A model generated the notes under the pieces. It did not search any database, was not told the DNA's origin, and saw nothing but the letters and a program-made list of their open reading frames with translations. Made by a program: the position numbers and the translations under genes. Of a DNA stretch of 64,000 nt, positions 35,769-45,287 are shown piece after piece. The stretch is from Gammaproteobacteria bacterium (lineage in GTDB: Bacteria > Pseudomonadota > Gammaproteobacteria > 21-64-14). Position 1 is the stretch's first letter. The number at the start of each line of letters is the position of its first letter. Where the stretch lies: NCBI GenBank assembly GCA_027013145.1, contig JALUXX010000056.1:88975-152974 (forward strand), read 5' to 3'.

Positions 35769-36383
35769 GCGCCGAATGTAGCATATGTAGCACAATGTAG
35801 CAAACTATACCGGCCGTGAGCGGGTGGGGCGAGGGGCATCAATACAACATGATGGTTTTATTTGGTATTCCGTTTGGTGCCTTGCTTTGGCGTCCCCCTG
35901 CATCCGTTGCCGACTGGTCCGGAAATGGCGGTGGTATATCGCTGCCGACTTCGCGAATCGCCGTTCAGGCTTCGGGTTACCGGCGGGCGCCCGTTCGTAC
36001 TGGGCGGCGACCCGAAACAGGTCATGATCACCGGCAGCCCGATCGTTCGCAATGCCGAGGCGTTGTGGCGTTCCATTCCCACCTGTAGGAGAACTCATGG
36101 AAGACGGCGAATCCCAGGCAGAAAATCGGGCAGGCCAACCGCGCATTTGCTCGCCCTCTACACGCATTCGCGACGGTATCGCGTCGGAGGGGCGAGATCG
36201 CTGGTGCGTCCTCATGGCCACGAGGCTGGAATTGCGGTTGTGTCGGGGGCGCGCGCCGTGTCTTGTATGCCGAGCCCGTCTGCGTGTGGCCGTCGGATCC
36301 CCGCAATCGGATCTTAAGGCCTGCCCAGGCGTGTCGATTACGGGGAAGGGATATGGAAGCCATCTCGCCAAGAGGGAGCGCCG

Positions 36384-38093
36384 ATGGACGAACCGCGCCA
36401 GGGGGAACTCCCCATGCCGTTCCCGGACCTTTCCGGGGACATGCCGCTGTTGCCGGCCCGAATGGTCAACGAGTACGAATACTGCCCGCGGCTCGCTTAC
36501 CTCGAATGGGTACAGGGGGAGTGGGCAGACTCGGGTGATACGGTTGAGGGCCGTCATGCCCACCGCCGCGTGGACCGCCCAGGTGGACGGCTCCCCGAAT
36601 CCAGCGGCGATCCGGCCGAGCGCTTGCACGCCCGCTCCATCACACTTTCCTCAAACCGCCTCGGCTTGATTGCCAGGATGGATCTGGTCGAATCGGAAGG
36701 TCACACCGTCACGCCTGTGGATTACAAGCGCGGCAAGCGCCCGCACGTGGCCAAAGGCGCCTACGACCCGGAGCGGGTTCAGCTCTGCATCCAGGGTTTG
36801 ATCCTCGAGGAACACGGTTACGCGTGCCCCGAAGGCGTACTCTATTTCTCCGGATCCCGCGAGCGTGTCCGTGTCGTCTTCGACGAGGAGTTACGCATTC
36901 AGACCATGGCGGCGGTCGACGGCCTCCGACTTATAGCGGCTGGCGGGCAAGTTCCGCCACCACTTCAGGACAGCCCAAAGTGCCCACGCTGCTCGCTGGT
37001 GTCCATCTGTCTTCCGGATGAGGTCAACTTCCTGCACAGCGGAAAACTGGAACCACGTCCGATGGCGGTCGGGCGGGACGAGAGCCTTCCGCTCTATGTC
37101 CAGGCCAATCGCGCGAAAGTCGCGAGGAAAGGGGAAACCCTGGAGATCACGGTGGACGACGAAAAGGCCGCATCGGCCAGGCTGCCGGAGGTGTCCCAGC
37201 TCGTGGTGATGGGTAACGTCTATGTCACGACGCCGACGCTGCATGAGCTCATGCGCCGCGGGATTCCGATTACCTGGTATTCCTACGGTGGCTGGTTCCT
37301 TGGCCACAGTATCGGTACCGGGCACAAGAACGTGGAGCTGCGGACCGCACAGTACCGTGCTAGCTTCGACAGCCGGGCCTGCCTGCATCTGGCTCGCGAT
37401 CTGGTGCGCGCCAAGATTCTGAACTGTCGAACGCTACTCAGGCGAAACTGGCGCGGAGAAAAATCGGTTGATTCGGTACTCGCGCTATTGAAACGAGATG
37501 CGGAAGCCGCTTTGCGGGCGAGTAATCTCGAGACGCTGTTGGGAGTGGAAGGCGCTGCCGCTTCGCGGTATTTTGGATCGTTCTCCCAGATGATCAAGCC
37601 GGAAGGCGATTCGAGCTCATTCTCCTTCGACTTTTCGCGGCGCAACCGTAGACCACCGACCGATCCTGTAAACGCGTTACTTTCATTCGCGTACGCTATG
37701 CTGACGCGCGTCTTTTCAGTGGTCCTGACTGCCGTAGGTTTCGATGCCTACCGCGGCTTCTATCACCAACCTCGCTATGGTCGTCCGGCTCTGAGCCTTG
37801 ACATGATGGAGCCGTTTCGCCCGCTACTGGCCGATTCCAGCGTACTCACCGCAATCAATAACGGTGAGGTCCGCCCAAGCGACTTTGTTTCGGCCGCAGG
37901 CAGCGTCGCTCTGAGCGCGGATGGACGTAAGCGGTTTATTGCGACCTTCGAGCGGCGTTTAAGCCACGAGGTGACTCATCCGCTGTTCGGCTACCGGGCT
38001 AGCTATCGGAGGGTGTTGGAGATCCAGGCTCGGCTGTTGGGGCGCCATCTGCTGGGTGAGTTGACTGAGTACCCTAATTTCCTGACGCGATGA
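36384..38093 (+). CDS. cas4-cas1: Cas4-Cas1 fusion protein (adaptation module of type I-G)
   Basis: N-terminal Cas4 RecB-nuclease with Cys motifs (EYEYCPRLAYLEW...; CPRCSLVSIC). C-terminal Cas1 (...LVVMGNVYVTTPTLHELMRRGIPITWYSYGGWFLG..., catalytic E/H/E region). An alternative start is the Met at 36414. Confidence 0.85.
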   Translation: MDEPRQGELPMPFPDLSGDMPLLPARMVNEYEYCPRLAYLEWVQGEWADSGDTVEGRHAHRRVDRPGGRLPESSGDPAERLHARSITLSSNRLGLIARMDLVESEGHTVTPVDYKRGKRPHVAKGAYDPERVQLCIQGLILEEHGYACPEGVLYFSGSRERVRVVFDEELRIQTMAAVDGLRLIAAGGQVPPPLQDSPKCPRCSLVSICLPDEVNFLHSGKLEPRPMAVGRDESLPLYVQANRAKVARKGETLEITVDDEKAASARLPEVSQLVVMGNVYVTTPTLHELMRRGIPITWYSYGGWFLGHSIGTGHKNVELRTAQYRASFDSRACLHLARDLVRAKILNCRTLLRRNWRGEKSVDSVLALLKRDAEAALRASNLETLLGVEGAAASRYFGSFSQMIKPEGDSSSFSFDFSRRNRRPPTDPVNALLSFAYAMLTRVFSVVLTAVGFDAYRGFYHQPRYGRPALSLDMMEPFRPLLADSSVLTAINNGEVRPSDFVSAAGSVALSADGRKRFIATFERRLSHEVTHPLFGYRASYRRVLEIQARLLGRHLLGELTEYPNFLTR

Positions 38094-38097
38094 AGCC

Positions 38098-38388
38098 ATG
38101 GAGGAGAGGCTTTACATCGTCACCTACGATATTGGAGACCAGAAGCGCTGGAGGGCCGTGTTCAAACTCATGCACGGGTACGGCGAGTGGCTCCAGCTAT
38201 CCGTATTCCAGTGCCGGCTCAGCCGGAGGCGGCACGCGGAACTGGTTGCTACGCTCGACCAGATCATTCATCATAAAAGCGACCATGTGCTGCTCCTGGA
38301 TCTTGGACCAGCCGACGGCGTGGTTCCGCGGGTGATAAGCCTCGGGAAGGATTTCAATCCGGTGGTGCGAGAACCGATCATTGTCTAA
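38098..38388 (+). CDS. cas2: Cas2
   Basis: MEERLYIVTYDIGDQKRWRAVFKLMHGYGEWLQLSVFQCRLS is canonical Cas2. 96 aa. Directly precedes the CRISPR leader. Confidence 0.85.
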   Translation: MEERLYIVTYDIGDQKRWRAVFKLMHGYGEWLQLSVFQCRLSRRRHAELVATLDQIIHHKSDHVLLLDLGPADGVVPRVISLGKDFNPVVREPIIV

Positions 38389-38590
38389 GCTCGCCGGAGA
38401 TTTTCGAGGGGTGCGGTGCCGCTCATAACCCGGGTAGCGCTCGCGGTTCAGTAGCTCTTTGAAAATATGGAATTTTATAGCCAGTGTCCCAGCGATCCGT
38501 GGCATCGCGACTGCACGCCCGCCGCTTTCGGCCCAACCGCTCGCAATGTCCGGGAGACGGTGGCTGTTTTCCAGTACTTGCGGACGGGCT
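38389..38590 (+). promoter_or_regulatory. CRISPR leader
   Basis: ~200 bp between cas2 and the first repeat. Contains an AT-rich stretch (ctttgaaaatatggaattttatagcc) unusual for this genome. The repeats end in ATTGAAGC on the + strand, consistent with transcription from this side. Confidence 0.5.
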
Positions 38591-41500
38591 GTATTCCGCA
38601 GCATCACGCTGCGGCCTCATTGAAGCTCGACGATCGGCGCGCCCTGCCAGTAGACGTATGCGGTATTCCGCAGCATCACGCTGCGGCCTCATTGAAGCAA
38701 GCAAAACATCGCCGGGGAACAACTCCTCGTCGCCGTATTCCGCAGCATCACGCTGCGGCCTCATTGAAGCGACGTCGAGCAGGTCGGCGCTTCCGATGCG
38801 TCCCTGATCGTATTCCGCAGCATCACGCTGCGGCCTCATTGAAGCGTGCTATGGGGGCGATTGTCGAGCCATATACCACCGTAGTATTCCGCAGCATCAC
38901 GCTGCGGCCTCATTGAAGCCCGTAACCGTCAAGCCGGTCGATACTACACCGAGTGTATTCCGCAGCATCACGCTGCGGCCTCATTGAAGCCGGCACTACC
39001 TGAACCGCCCTTCATGTATTCATACAGGTATTCCGCAGCATCACGCTGCGGCCTCATTGAAGCCGTACAGCGTGGTGTTGATGGGCTGCCGCCGATTACT
39101 GTATTCCGCAGCATCACGCTGCGGCCTCATTGAAGCGAGACAACCAGATGTTGTCAGCGAGCCAAAACACTAGGTATTCCGCAGCATCACGCTGCGGCCT
39201 CATTGAAGCTAGGTGCGCGTCGAGGTGCCGTCCAACGTCGCGGGGGTATTCCGCAGCATCACGCTGCGGCCTCATTGAAGCACGCCGTACTAGCGGTTGT
39301 AAGTTGAACGTGAACACGTATTCCGCAGCATCACGCTGCGGCCTCATTGAAGCACTACGGCTGCAGGCACGCCGTGCTCTCTGTACATCGTATTCCGCAG
39401 CATCACGCTGCGGCCTCATTGAAGCTTCAACGCCGCCACCGCTGCAGTATCTGCCGCCGGGTATTCCGCAGCATCACGCTGCGGCCTCATTGAAGCGACC
39501 AAACAAAGGGGGGAGTTACTTTGGCACCTTTTGTATTCCGCAGCATCACGCTGCGGCCTCATTGAAGCTGAGGTGCCGCTCTCGGACGTGATCAAGAGCT
39601 ACCAGGTATTCCGCAGCATCACGCTGCGGCCTCATTGAAGCCCTGATGAATTGATCGGAATGTTTCCCCATTATGCAGGTATTCCGCAGCATCACGCTGC
39701 GGCCTCATTGAAGCGGTGCCCTACGCAGACGGCTGGGCGGCCGGCGGATCGACGTATTCCGCAGCATCACGCTGCGGCCTCATTGAAGCTCCAGCACGTA
39801 CTGGCGCGCCCGTGTCTGCCCCTACCGGTATTCCGCAGCATCACGCTGCGGCCTCATTGAAGCGCGGCGAGAACTCCGAGATCTGGGTCACGTTCAATCC
39901 GTATTCCGCAGCATCACGCTGCGGCCTCATTGAAGCGTCGTCGCGCACCCGGCCAAAATACCCAGGGAGGGAAGTATTCCGCAGCATCACGCTGCGGCCT
40001 CATTGAAGCACGGCATCGACCGCCTGCTTCGCCTGCTTGGCGGTGGTATTCCGCAGCATCACGCTGCGGCCTCATTGAAGCAAGTGGTGCCCGTTCTGCG
40101 GCTGGGCCATCAACGTGCTGTATTCCGCAGCATCACGCTGCGGCCTCATTGAAGCGTCTTTTCGCAGCAAAGTCTTCCCTGTCAGAGACGCGGTATTCCG
40201 CAGCATCACGCTGCGGCCTCATTGAAGCTACCTCTCGTTCGTGGATTGACGTTATTAAATGCACCGTATTCCGCAGCATCACGCTGCGGCCTCATTGAAG
40301 CGATCGAGTCAAAAGACGAGGGGTTGGTTCCGTTTCGCTGTATTCCGCAGCATCACGCTGCGGCCTCATTGAAGCACGGTGCGGGAACCAATAACCGCTA
40401 CACCAGCAGACGTATTCCGCAGCATCACGCTGCGGCCTCATTGAAGCCCCGCCAGTAATGCGGTTCCTGCTTCCCGCTTCCCTGGTATTCCGCAGCATCA
40501 CGCTGCGGCCTCATTGAAGCTAAAGGCGGTTTGCCTTTTCTAATTATGGGTCAAATGGTATTCCGCAGCATCACGCTGCGGCCTCATTGAAGCGTCGGAT
40601 ATGCGTACCGCTTGCGTGCGCTCTCCAGGGTATTCCGCAGCATCACGCTGCGGCCTCATTGAAGCATATCAACACCAAATTGCTTCATTGGCATTGATAT
40701 ACGTATTCCGCAGCATCACGCTGCGGCCTCATTGAAGCTTCGCTTCTTTTCTTGATATGATTTTTTTCATGATTGTATTCCGCAGCATCACGCTGCGGCC
40801 TCATTGAAGCCCTGGCGAAATGGAGCGCAATCAACGAGTTGGTGGACGTATTCCGCAGCATCACGCTGCGGCCTCATTGAAGCGCTGAGATCGTGGCGCA
40901 GGAGGTGGCACGGTTCAATGTATTCCGCAGCATCACGCTGCGGCCTCATTGAAGCACGCTTTCGCGCTCACGTGGGGGATGGCGTTTGGTCGTATTCCGC
41001 AGCATCACGCTGCGGCCTCATTGAAGCTCGGCCAGGGTTGCCATGCCGTTCTTTGAATCCCTCGTGTATTCCGCAGCATCACGCTGCGGCCTCATTGAAG
41101 CACGACACTCCAGCACCTGACCGATCAAGACAGGTTGGTATTCCGCAGCATCACGCTGCGGCCTCATTGAAGCTTATAGTTGATGGGTGAACGTCGCGGA
41201 CGGCTTTCATGGTATTCCGCAGCATCACGCTGCGGCCTCATTGAAGCCGACAAAATGGCTATTCTGAGAGGCAAAGAAGCTCTGTAGTATTCCGCAGCAT
41301 CACGCTGCGGCCTCATTGAAGCCCGACAATCGAAACCGAAACGCGCGAAATTTTTAACGTATTCCGCAGCATCACGCTGCGGCCTCATTGAAGCGGCTTT
41401 ATCTTCTACCGCTTCCGCTTTTGCTTCCGCTGTATTCCGCAGCATCACGCTGCGGCCTCATTGAAGCTAGGGAAGCTGTGATGTATAAAATCTTTCCTCG

Positions 41501-42049
41501 GTCGTATTCCGCAGCATCACGCTGCGGCCTCATTGAAGCAACTTGATGCCCTTCGCATCCTTGACGATTGCCATCGTATTCCGCAGCATCACGCTGCGGC
41601 CTCATTGAAGCGTGCCCTCCTTTCCTGGCGGCGGCGAACCACCGACGATGTATTCCGCAGCATCACGCTGCGGCCTCATTGAAGCCGGACGGGTCGGGCG
41701 GGTGCGCGAATCGGTTCAACATGTATTCCGCAGCATCACGCTGCGGCCTCATTGAAGCTTTTCCACGGTCAGTCCTCCTCGTAGTCGTCGACGTAGGTAT
41801 TCCGCAGCATCACGCTGCGGCCTCATTGAAGCGCAAGCTGAACGGTCACGGAATGCTGGCCTACGGCGGGTATTCCGCAGCATCACGCTGCGGCCTCATT
41901 GAAGCTGCTCGTCTCCTTACTGCTCTATGTCCGCCGCGCCAGGTATTCCGCAGCATCACGCTGCGGCCTCATTGAAGCCAGACCACGCGGTCCCCGTTCA
42001 CCGATACGGAGTTGTATTCCGCAGCATCACGCTGCGGCCTCATTGAAGC
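38591..42049 (+). CRISPR. CRISPR array, proximal part. ~48-49 copies of a 36-nt repeat GTATTCCGCAGCATCACGCTGCGGCCTCATTGAAGC.
   Basis: Exact 36-nt repeats with a period of ~71-73 bp and 35-37-nt unique spacers. The repeat has a CCGCAGC/GCTGCGG palindromic core and an ATTGAAGC 3' handle, resembling type I-U repeats that end in ATTGAAAC. Confidence 0.95.
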
Positions 42050-42076
42050 ATTCCAACTGGTGACGGTGTTTTTTTA

Positions 42077-43399
42077 GGTTCATCGCAGAAGTCCGGGGAG
42101 GTTGAGCTGGTGAAGCTGGCTCCGTACCGTTGCGCTGTGGCGACGACGGGGGGTGGGGCCATGTTTGACAAGGGTACTTTGAGCGAGCTGGGTGGCTGGA
42201 CGGGCTACCGGGTTGCGGACCTGGAGTACCGGCCCGGTGAAGGCTGGATGGGGCGAGGCAAGTTGCTGATCCGGTTGGAACCTCGCGGCCAGACGATGCG
42301 CTGCTCGCGCTGCGGGCAGGAGAGCCGGTCGGTGCATGACACCACGGTCAGGCGCATCCGCGACCTGCCCATTCTGGACTGGGATGTGGTGTTGATCGTC
42401 CCGCGCCGGCGGCTGTGGTGCGGGCACTGTGGTGGTCCCCGTCTGGAAGCGCTGGAGTGGCTGTCGGCGCACCGCCGGGTGACGCGGCGGCTGGAGGAAG
42501 CCATCGGGCGGCTGAGCCGGATGATGCCGTTGAAGCAGGTGGCGGCGTTCTATGGCGTGGGCTGGCACACGGTCAAGGCCATCGACAAGGCCCTGCTGGA
42601 GCAGGGGGTGCTGGAGCCCGACTGGCGCGGCATCGAGTACCTGGGCATGGATGAGTTTGCCCTGCACAAGGGGCATCGCTATGCCACGGTCATCGTGGAG
42701 CCCCTGCGTCGCCAGGTGCTGTGGGTGGGCGAAGGGCGCAGCCGCGAGGCCATCCGGCCCTTCTTCGAGGGTCTTGACGAGGCCACCCGCCGGCGTATCA
42801 AGGCGGTGGTGATGGACATGAACACCGCTTTCGATCTGGAGGTTCAGGCTCATTGTCCCCATGCGGAGGTCGTCTACGACCTGTTCCACGTGGTGGCCAA
42901 GTATGGCCGGGAGGTGATCGACCGGGTGCGGGTGGATGAGGCCAACCGGCTCAAGAAGGATCGCCCGGCCCGCAAGGTCATCAAGTCTGCCCGCTGGCTG
43001 CTGTTGCGCAACCGGGAGAACCTGGAGACGCCCGAGCAGGCGGTCCGCCTGGATGAGTTGCTGGCGGCGAATCAGGCCCTGATGACGGTCCATGTGCTCA
43101 AGGAGGACCTCAAGCGCCTGTGGCGCTATCGGCATGCCGGGTACGCCAAACGACTCTGGGAAGGCTGGTATCAGCGGGCCATGGAAAGCGCCATCGCGCC
43201 CCTGATGCAGTTTGCCCGGCGCCTGAGACCGTATCTCCAGGGCATCCTGGCCCATTGCCGCCACCCGCTGCACACCAGCGTGCTCGAGGGTATCAACAAC
43301 CGCATCAAGGTCATCAAACGCATGGCCTACGGCTTCCGGGATACCGACTACTTCTTCCTGAAAATCCGCGCCGCCTTCCCCGGAAATTTACGATGAACC
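42077..43399 (+). mobile_element. ISL3-family insertion sequence (1323 bp) inserted in a CRISPR spacer, with an 8-bp target site duplication TTTTTTTA
   Basis: Terminal IRs ggttcatcgcagaagtccgggga and tccccggaaatttacgatgaacc (imperfect, ~23 bp). Flanking direct repeat ttttttta at 42069-42076 and 43400-43407. Single transposase ORF. Confidence 0.8.
42110..43396 (+). CDS. ISL3-family transposase
   Basis: 428 aa. N-terminal zinc-finger region (RCSRCGQESRSVHDTTVRRIRDLPILDWDVVLIVPRRRLWCGHCGG) and a DDE core, typical of ISL3 transposases. GTG start. Confidence 0.85.
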   Translation: MKLAPYRCAVATTGGGAMFDKGTLSELGGWTGYRVADLEYRPGEGWMGRGKLLIRLEPRGQTMRCSRCGQESRSVHDTTVRRIRDLPILDWDVVLIVPRRRLWCGHCGGPRLEALEWLSAHRRVTRRLEEAIGRLSRMMPLKQVAAFYGVGWHTVKAIDKALLEQGVLEPDWRGIEYLGMDEFALHKGHRYATVIVEPLRRQVLWVGEGRSREAIRPFFEGLDEATRRRIKAVVMDMNTAFDLEVQAHCPHAEVVYDLFHVVAKYGREVIDRVRVDEANRLKKDRPARKVIKSARWLLLRNRENLETPEQAVRLDELLAANQALMTVHVLKEDLKRLWRYRHAGYAKRLWEGWYQRAMESAIAPLMQFARRLRPYLQGILAHCRHPLHTSVLEGINNRIKVIKRMAYGFRDTDYFFLKIRAAFPGNLR

Positions 43400-43416
43400 T
43401 TTTTTTAGACCCATTA

Positions 43417-43889
43417 GTATTCCGCAGCATCACGCTGCGGCCTCATTGAAGCCAACGGAGATCGCGGCGCGCAGCCCGTCGGTCGCGTCGGTATTCCGCA
43501 GCATCACGCTGCGGCCTCATTGAAGCTCATCGGGGTGGAACCTTTGAAAATCGGCCCCAGGAACGTATTCCGCAGCATCACGCTGCGGCCTCATTGAAGC
43601 AATTCCAGGAGCCCCGCCGCGCCCGTGATCCGCTCGGTATTCCGCAGCATCACGCTGCGGCCTCATTGAAGCGGCATCGCGTCGACCTCGGTCTGAACCT
43701 GACCGATGTATTCCGCAGCATCACGCTGCGGCCTCATTGAAGCCCGTTCAGTTTCAGGCGGAGGTTGGTCACCTGCGCAGGTATTCCGCAGCATCACGCT
43801 GCGGCCTCATTGAAGCATGTAGGGGGCGGCGGAGTTGAGATTCGTGCCCCATTGTATTCCGCAGCATCACGTTGCGGTCTCATTGAAGC
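43417..43889 (+). CRISPR. CRISPR array, distal part. 7 repeats with a degenerate terminal repeat.
   Basis: Same 36-nt repeat resumes 10 bp after the IS. The last repeat (43854-43889) has 2 mismatches (gtattccgcagcatcacgTtgcggTctcattgaagc), typical of a trailer-end repeat. Confidence 0.9.
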
Positions 43890-45287
43890 ACGCCTCACTT
43901 GACATGATGATGCGCAGGGCCACCGCGGCCTATGCTTTACGCTGTGGGCTTCTGCATTTTCCGGGCCAACGCCCAAACTGGCCGCAGGCGGAATCGGGCC
44001 CCCACCCTTCAGGGTGGGGGCGCCATAGGCTGGCCGGGCCCGAATCAACTGGCCGATTTTCACCATTTGACCTCCTTTCATCGCTACGTTGAACGCTCAA
44101 TCGAGTCGCCGGGAACCACCCCGGCTGCGCCCGGACAACCCGCGGCACCACCCGCAGTATCCGAACGCGCTCACCACCACTTGGACTACCACGCCCAGTC
44201 ACTTTTCGCACACGCCTGGTGCTTTCGACACCGGGGTACCACCCCCCCGGTCGGCTTGCGCCTCTCCCACGGCTTCGACTGAATCGCCGATGAGATTTAT
44301 CGTCTACTCACACCGCTCCCAGCCATAGAACCCGCCCCTTACCGGGGTCAGGATTCCTTAGGCCTTCCCGCGTTAGCTACGAATGTCGCGCGATTAGCCA
44401 GCGCCTCACACAGACGTCGGGGTGTCTTCCACCTCACCGGTCGGTTTTCAGGGGCCCGGGACTCCAAGGCAGCTCCCTTACCGACGTCTGTGCTTGCAGC
44501 TTCAGTCATCCACACGCTTTCGGGTGGAAACTGGCATCATCGAACTCACTCGACAGCGACCTCTGCGGCCGCCGTTACTGGCTTAAGCTATTCTGCGATC
44601 GTCCCAGGTTGCCCCGAGGCGTACCAGCCGTTCCAAGTTTCCTCTTACGGCCTCAAGAAGGTTTCCCTTCCCGCGTGCAGCCCACCAGTCGAGTCCCGGT
44701 TGTACCCTCTCGAGCACCCCCGGGCCGGGATTCTCACCCGTTCATCCGCAGCAGGGTTCCGCCGGTTTCCGTGACAAAGCACGTTCCCCCTTTGGCCCGT
44801 TTCCGCGTCGCCCAGTCCCGCCCCGTCGGGGCGGATTAGGTCGAACATGGCATTGCAGCCATGAGCGCCCGTTGCAGCCGCACCAGCCCAATTACGGGCA
44901 TGCAGCTACGGCGCGTGCACGACTTGGATTGGTGGTCCAAGTCTGGCCGGATGGTTCCGGCCGAGCCCCTTTCGGGGCAGTGACAGTGGTGTCCGGGGGC
45001 TGGTGAGACCCCCACGGAACTACGGTGGTGGACTCGACCCCCGGGCGAGTGTCCGTCGGTGCGACGTACACACTCACCGGTTTCCTATCCCGGTATAGGG
45101 AAAAAAATCGCTCTGGTGTCTCCCTCATAGGAGTCCCTAGTCGTTTGTCCTGAATCGACCCTTGGGAGATTCAAGGCAAACTGTCCGATCAATCGGTTAG
45201 CCTCGCTCCTTCCTGATAGTCGGCCGATGCCGGATTTCCGGACGGTTCGCTATACCCGGGTATCTACCCGAGAGGAGTGAACCGATC
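43890..45287. other. ORF-free, hairpin-dense 1.4-kb segment. Candidate structured ncRNA or degraded element. Identity unknown.
   Basis: No ORF longer than 120 aa with plausible composition on either strand. Many perfect GC hairpins with 3-4-nt loops (ccccaccc-ttca-gggtgggg, gcccc-tttc-ggggc, gccccg-tc-ggggc). On the minus strand, a strong SD+ATG (aaaggaggtcaaATG) sits at 44066-44083 but the reading frame runs into the CRISPR trailer. Confidence 0.3.

Noticed and set aside
35805-36629. 274-aa minus-strand ORF spanning the gap between the antitoxin and cas4 and running antisense into cas4-cas1.
   Set aside because: Low-complexity Arg/Pro/Ser-rich translation. It overlaps the well-supported cas4 N-terminus. 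The gap is more likely promoter/UTR DNA.
38423-41975. Multiple 70-150-aa ORFs on both strands across 38.4-42.0 kb and 43.4-44.1 kb, containing the reiterated peptides MRPQRDAAEY and IPQHHAAASLK.
   Set aside because: They are translations of the 36-nt CRISPR repeat in different frames. The periodic identical peptide segments correspond exactly to repeat units.
43794-44081. Minus-strand 95-aa ORF with a near-perfect Shine-Dalgarno and ATG (aaaggaggtcaaATG).
   Set aside because: The frame reads through the degenerate terminal CRISPR repeat into spacer sequence and has no protein-like composition. It is kept only as a note within the ncRNA-candidate finding because the SD is striking.
44090-45260. 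Hypothesis that the ORF-free segment is a group II intron, rRNA fragment, tmRNA or RNase P RNA.
   Set aside because: By eye I could not find a GUGYG 5' end plus a domain V consensus hairpin, the universal rRNA blocks (for example GGATGCCTTGGC or ACGGGCGGTGTGT), the tmRNA tag-reading-frame/3' tRNA-like end, or the RNase P P4 GGAAAGUCCGG motif. No reverse-transcriptase ORF is nearby. Identity is therefore left open rather than asserted.
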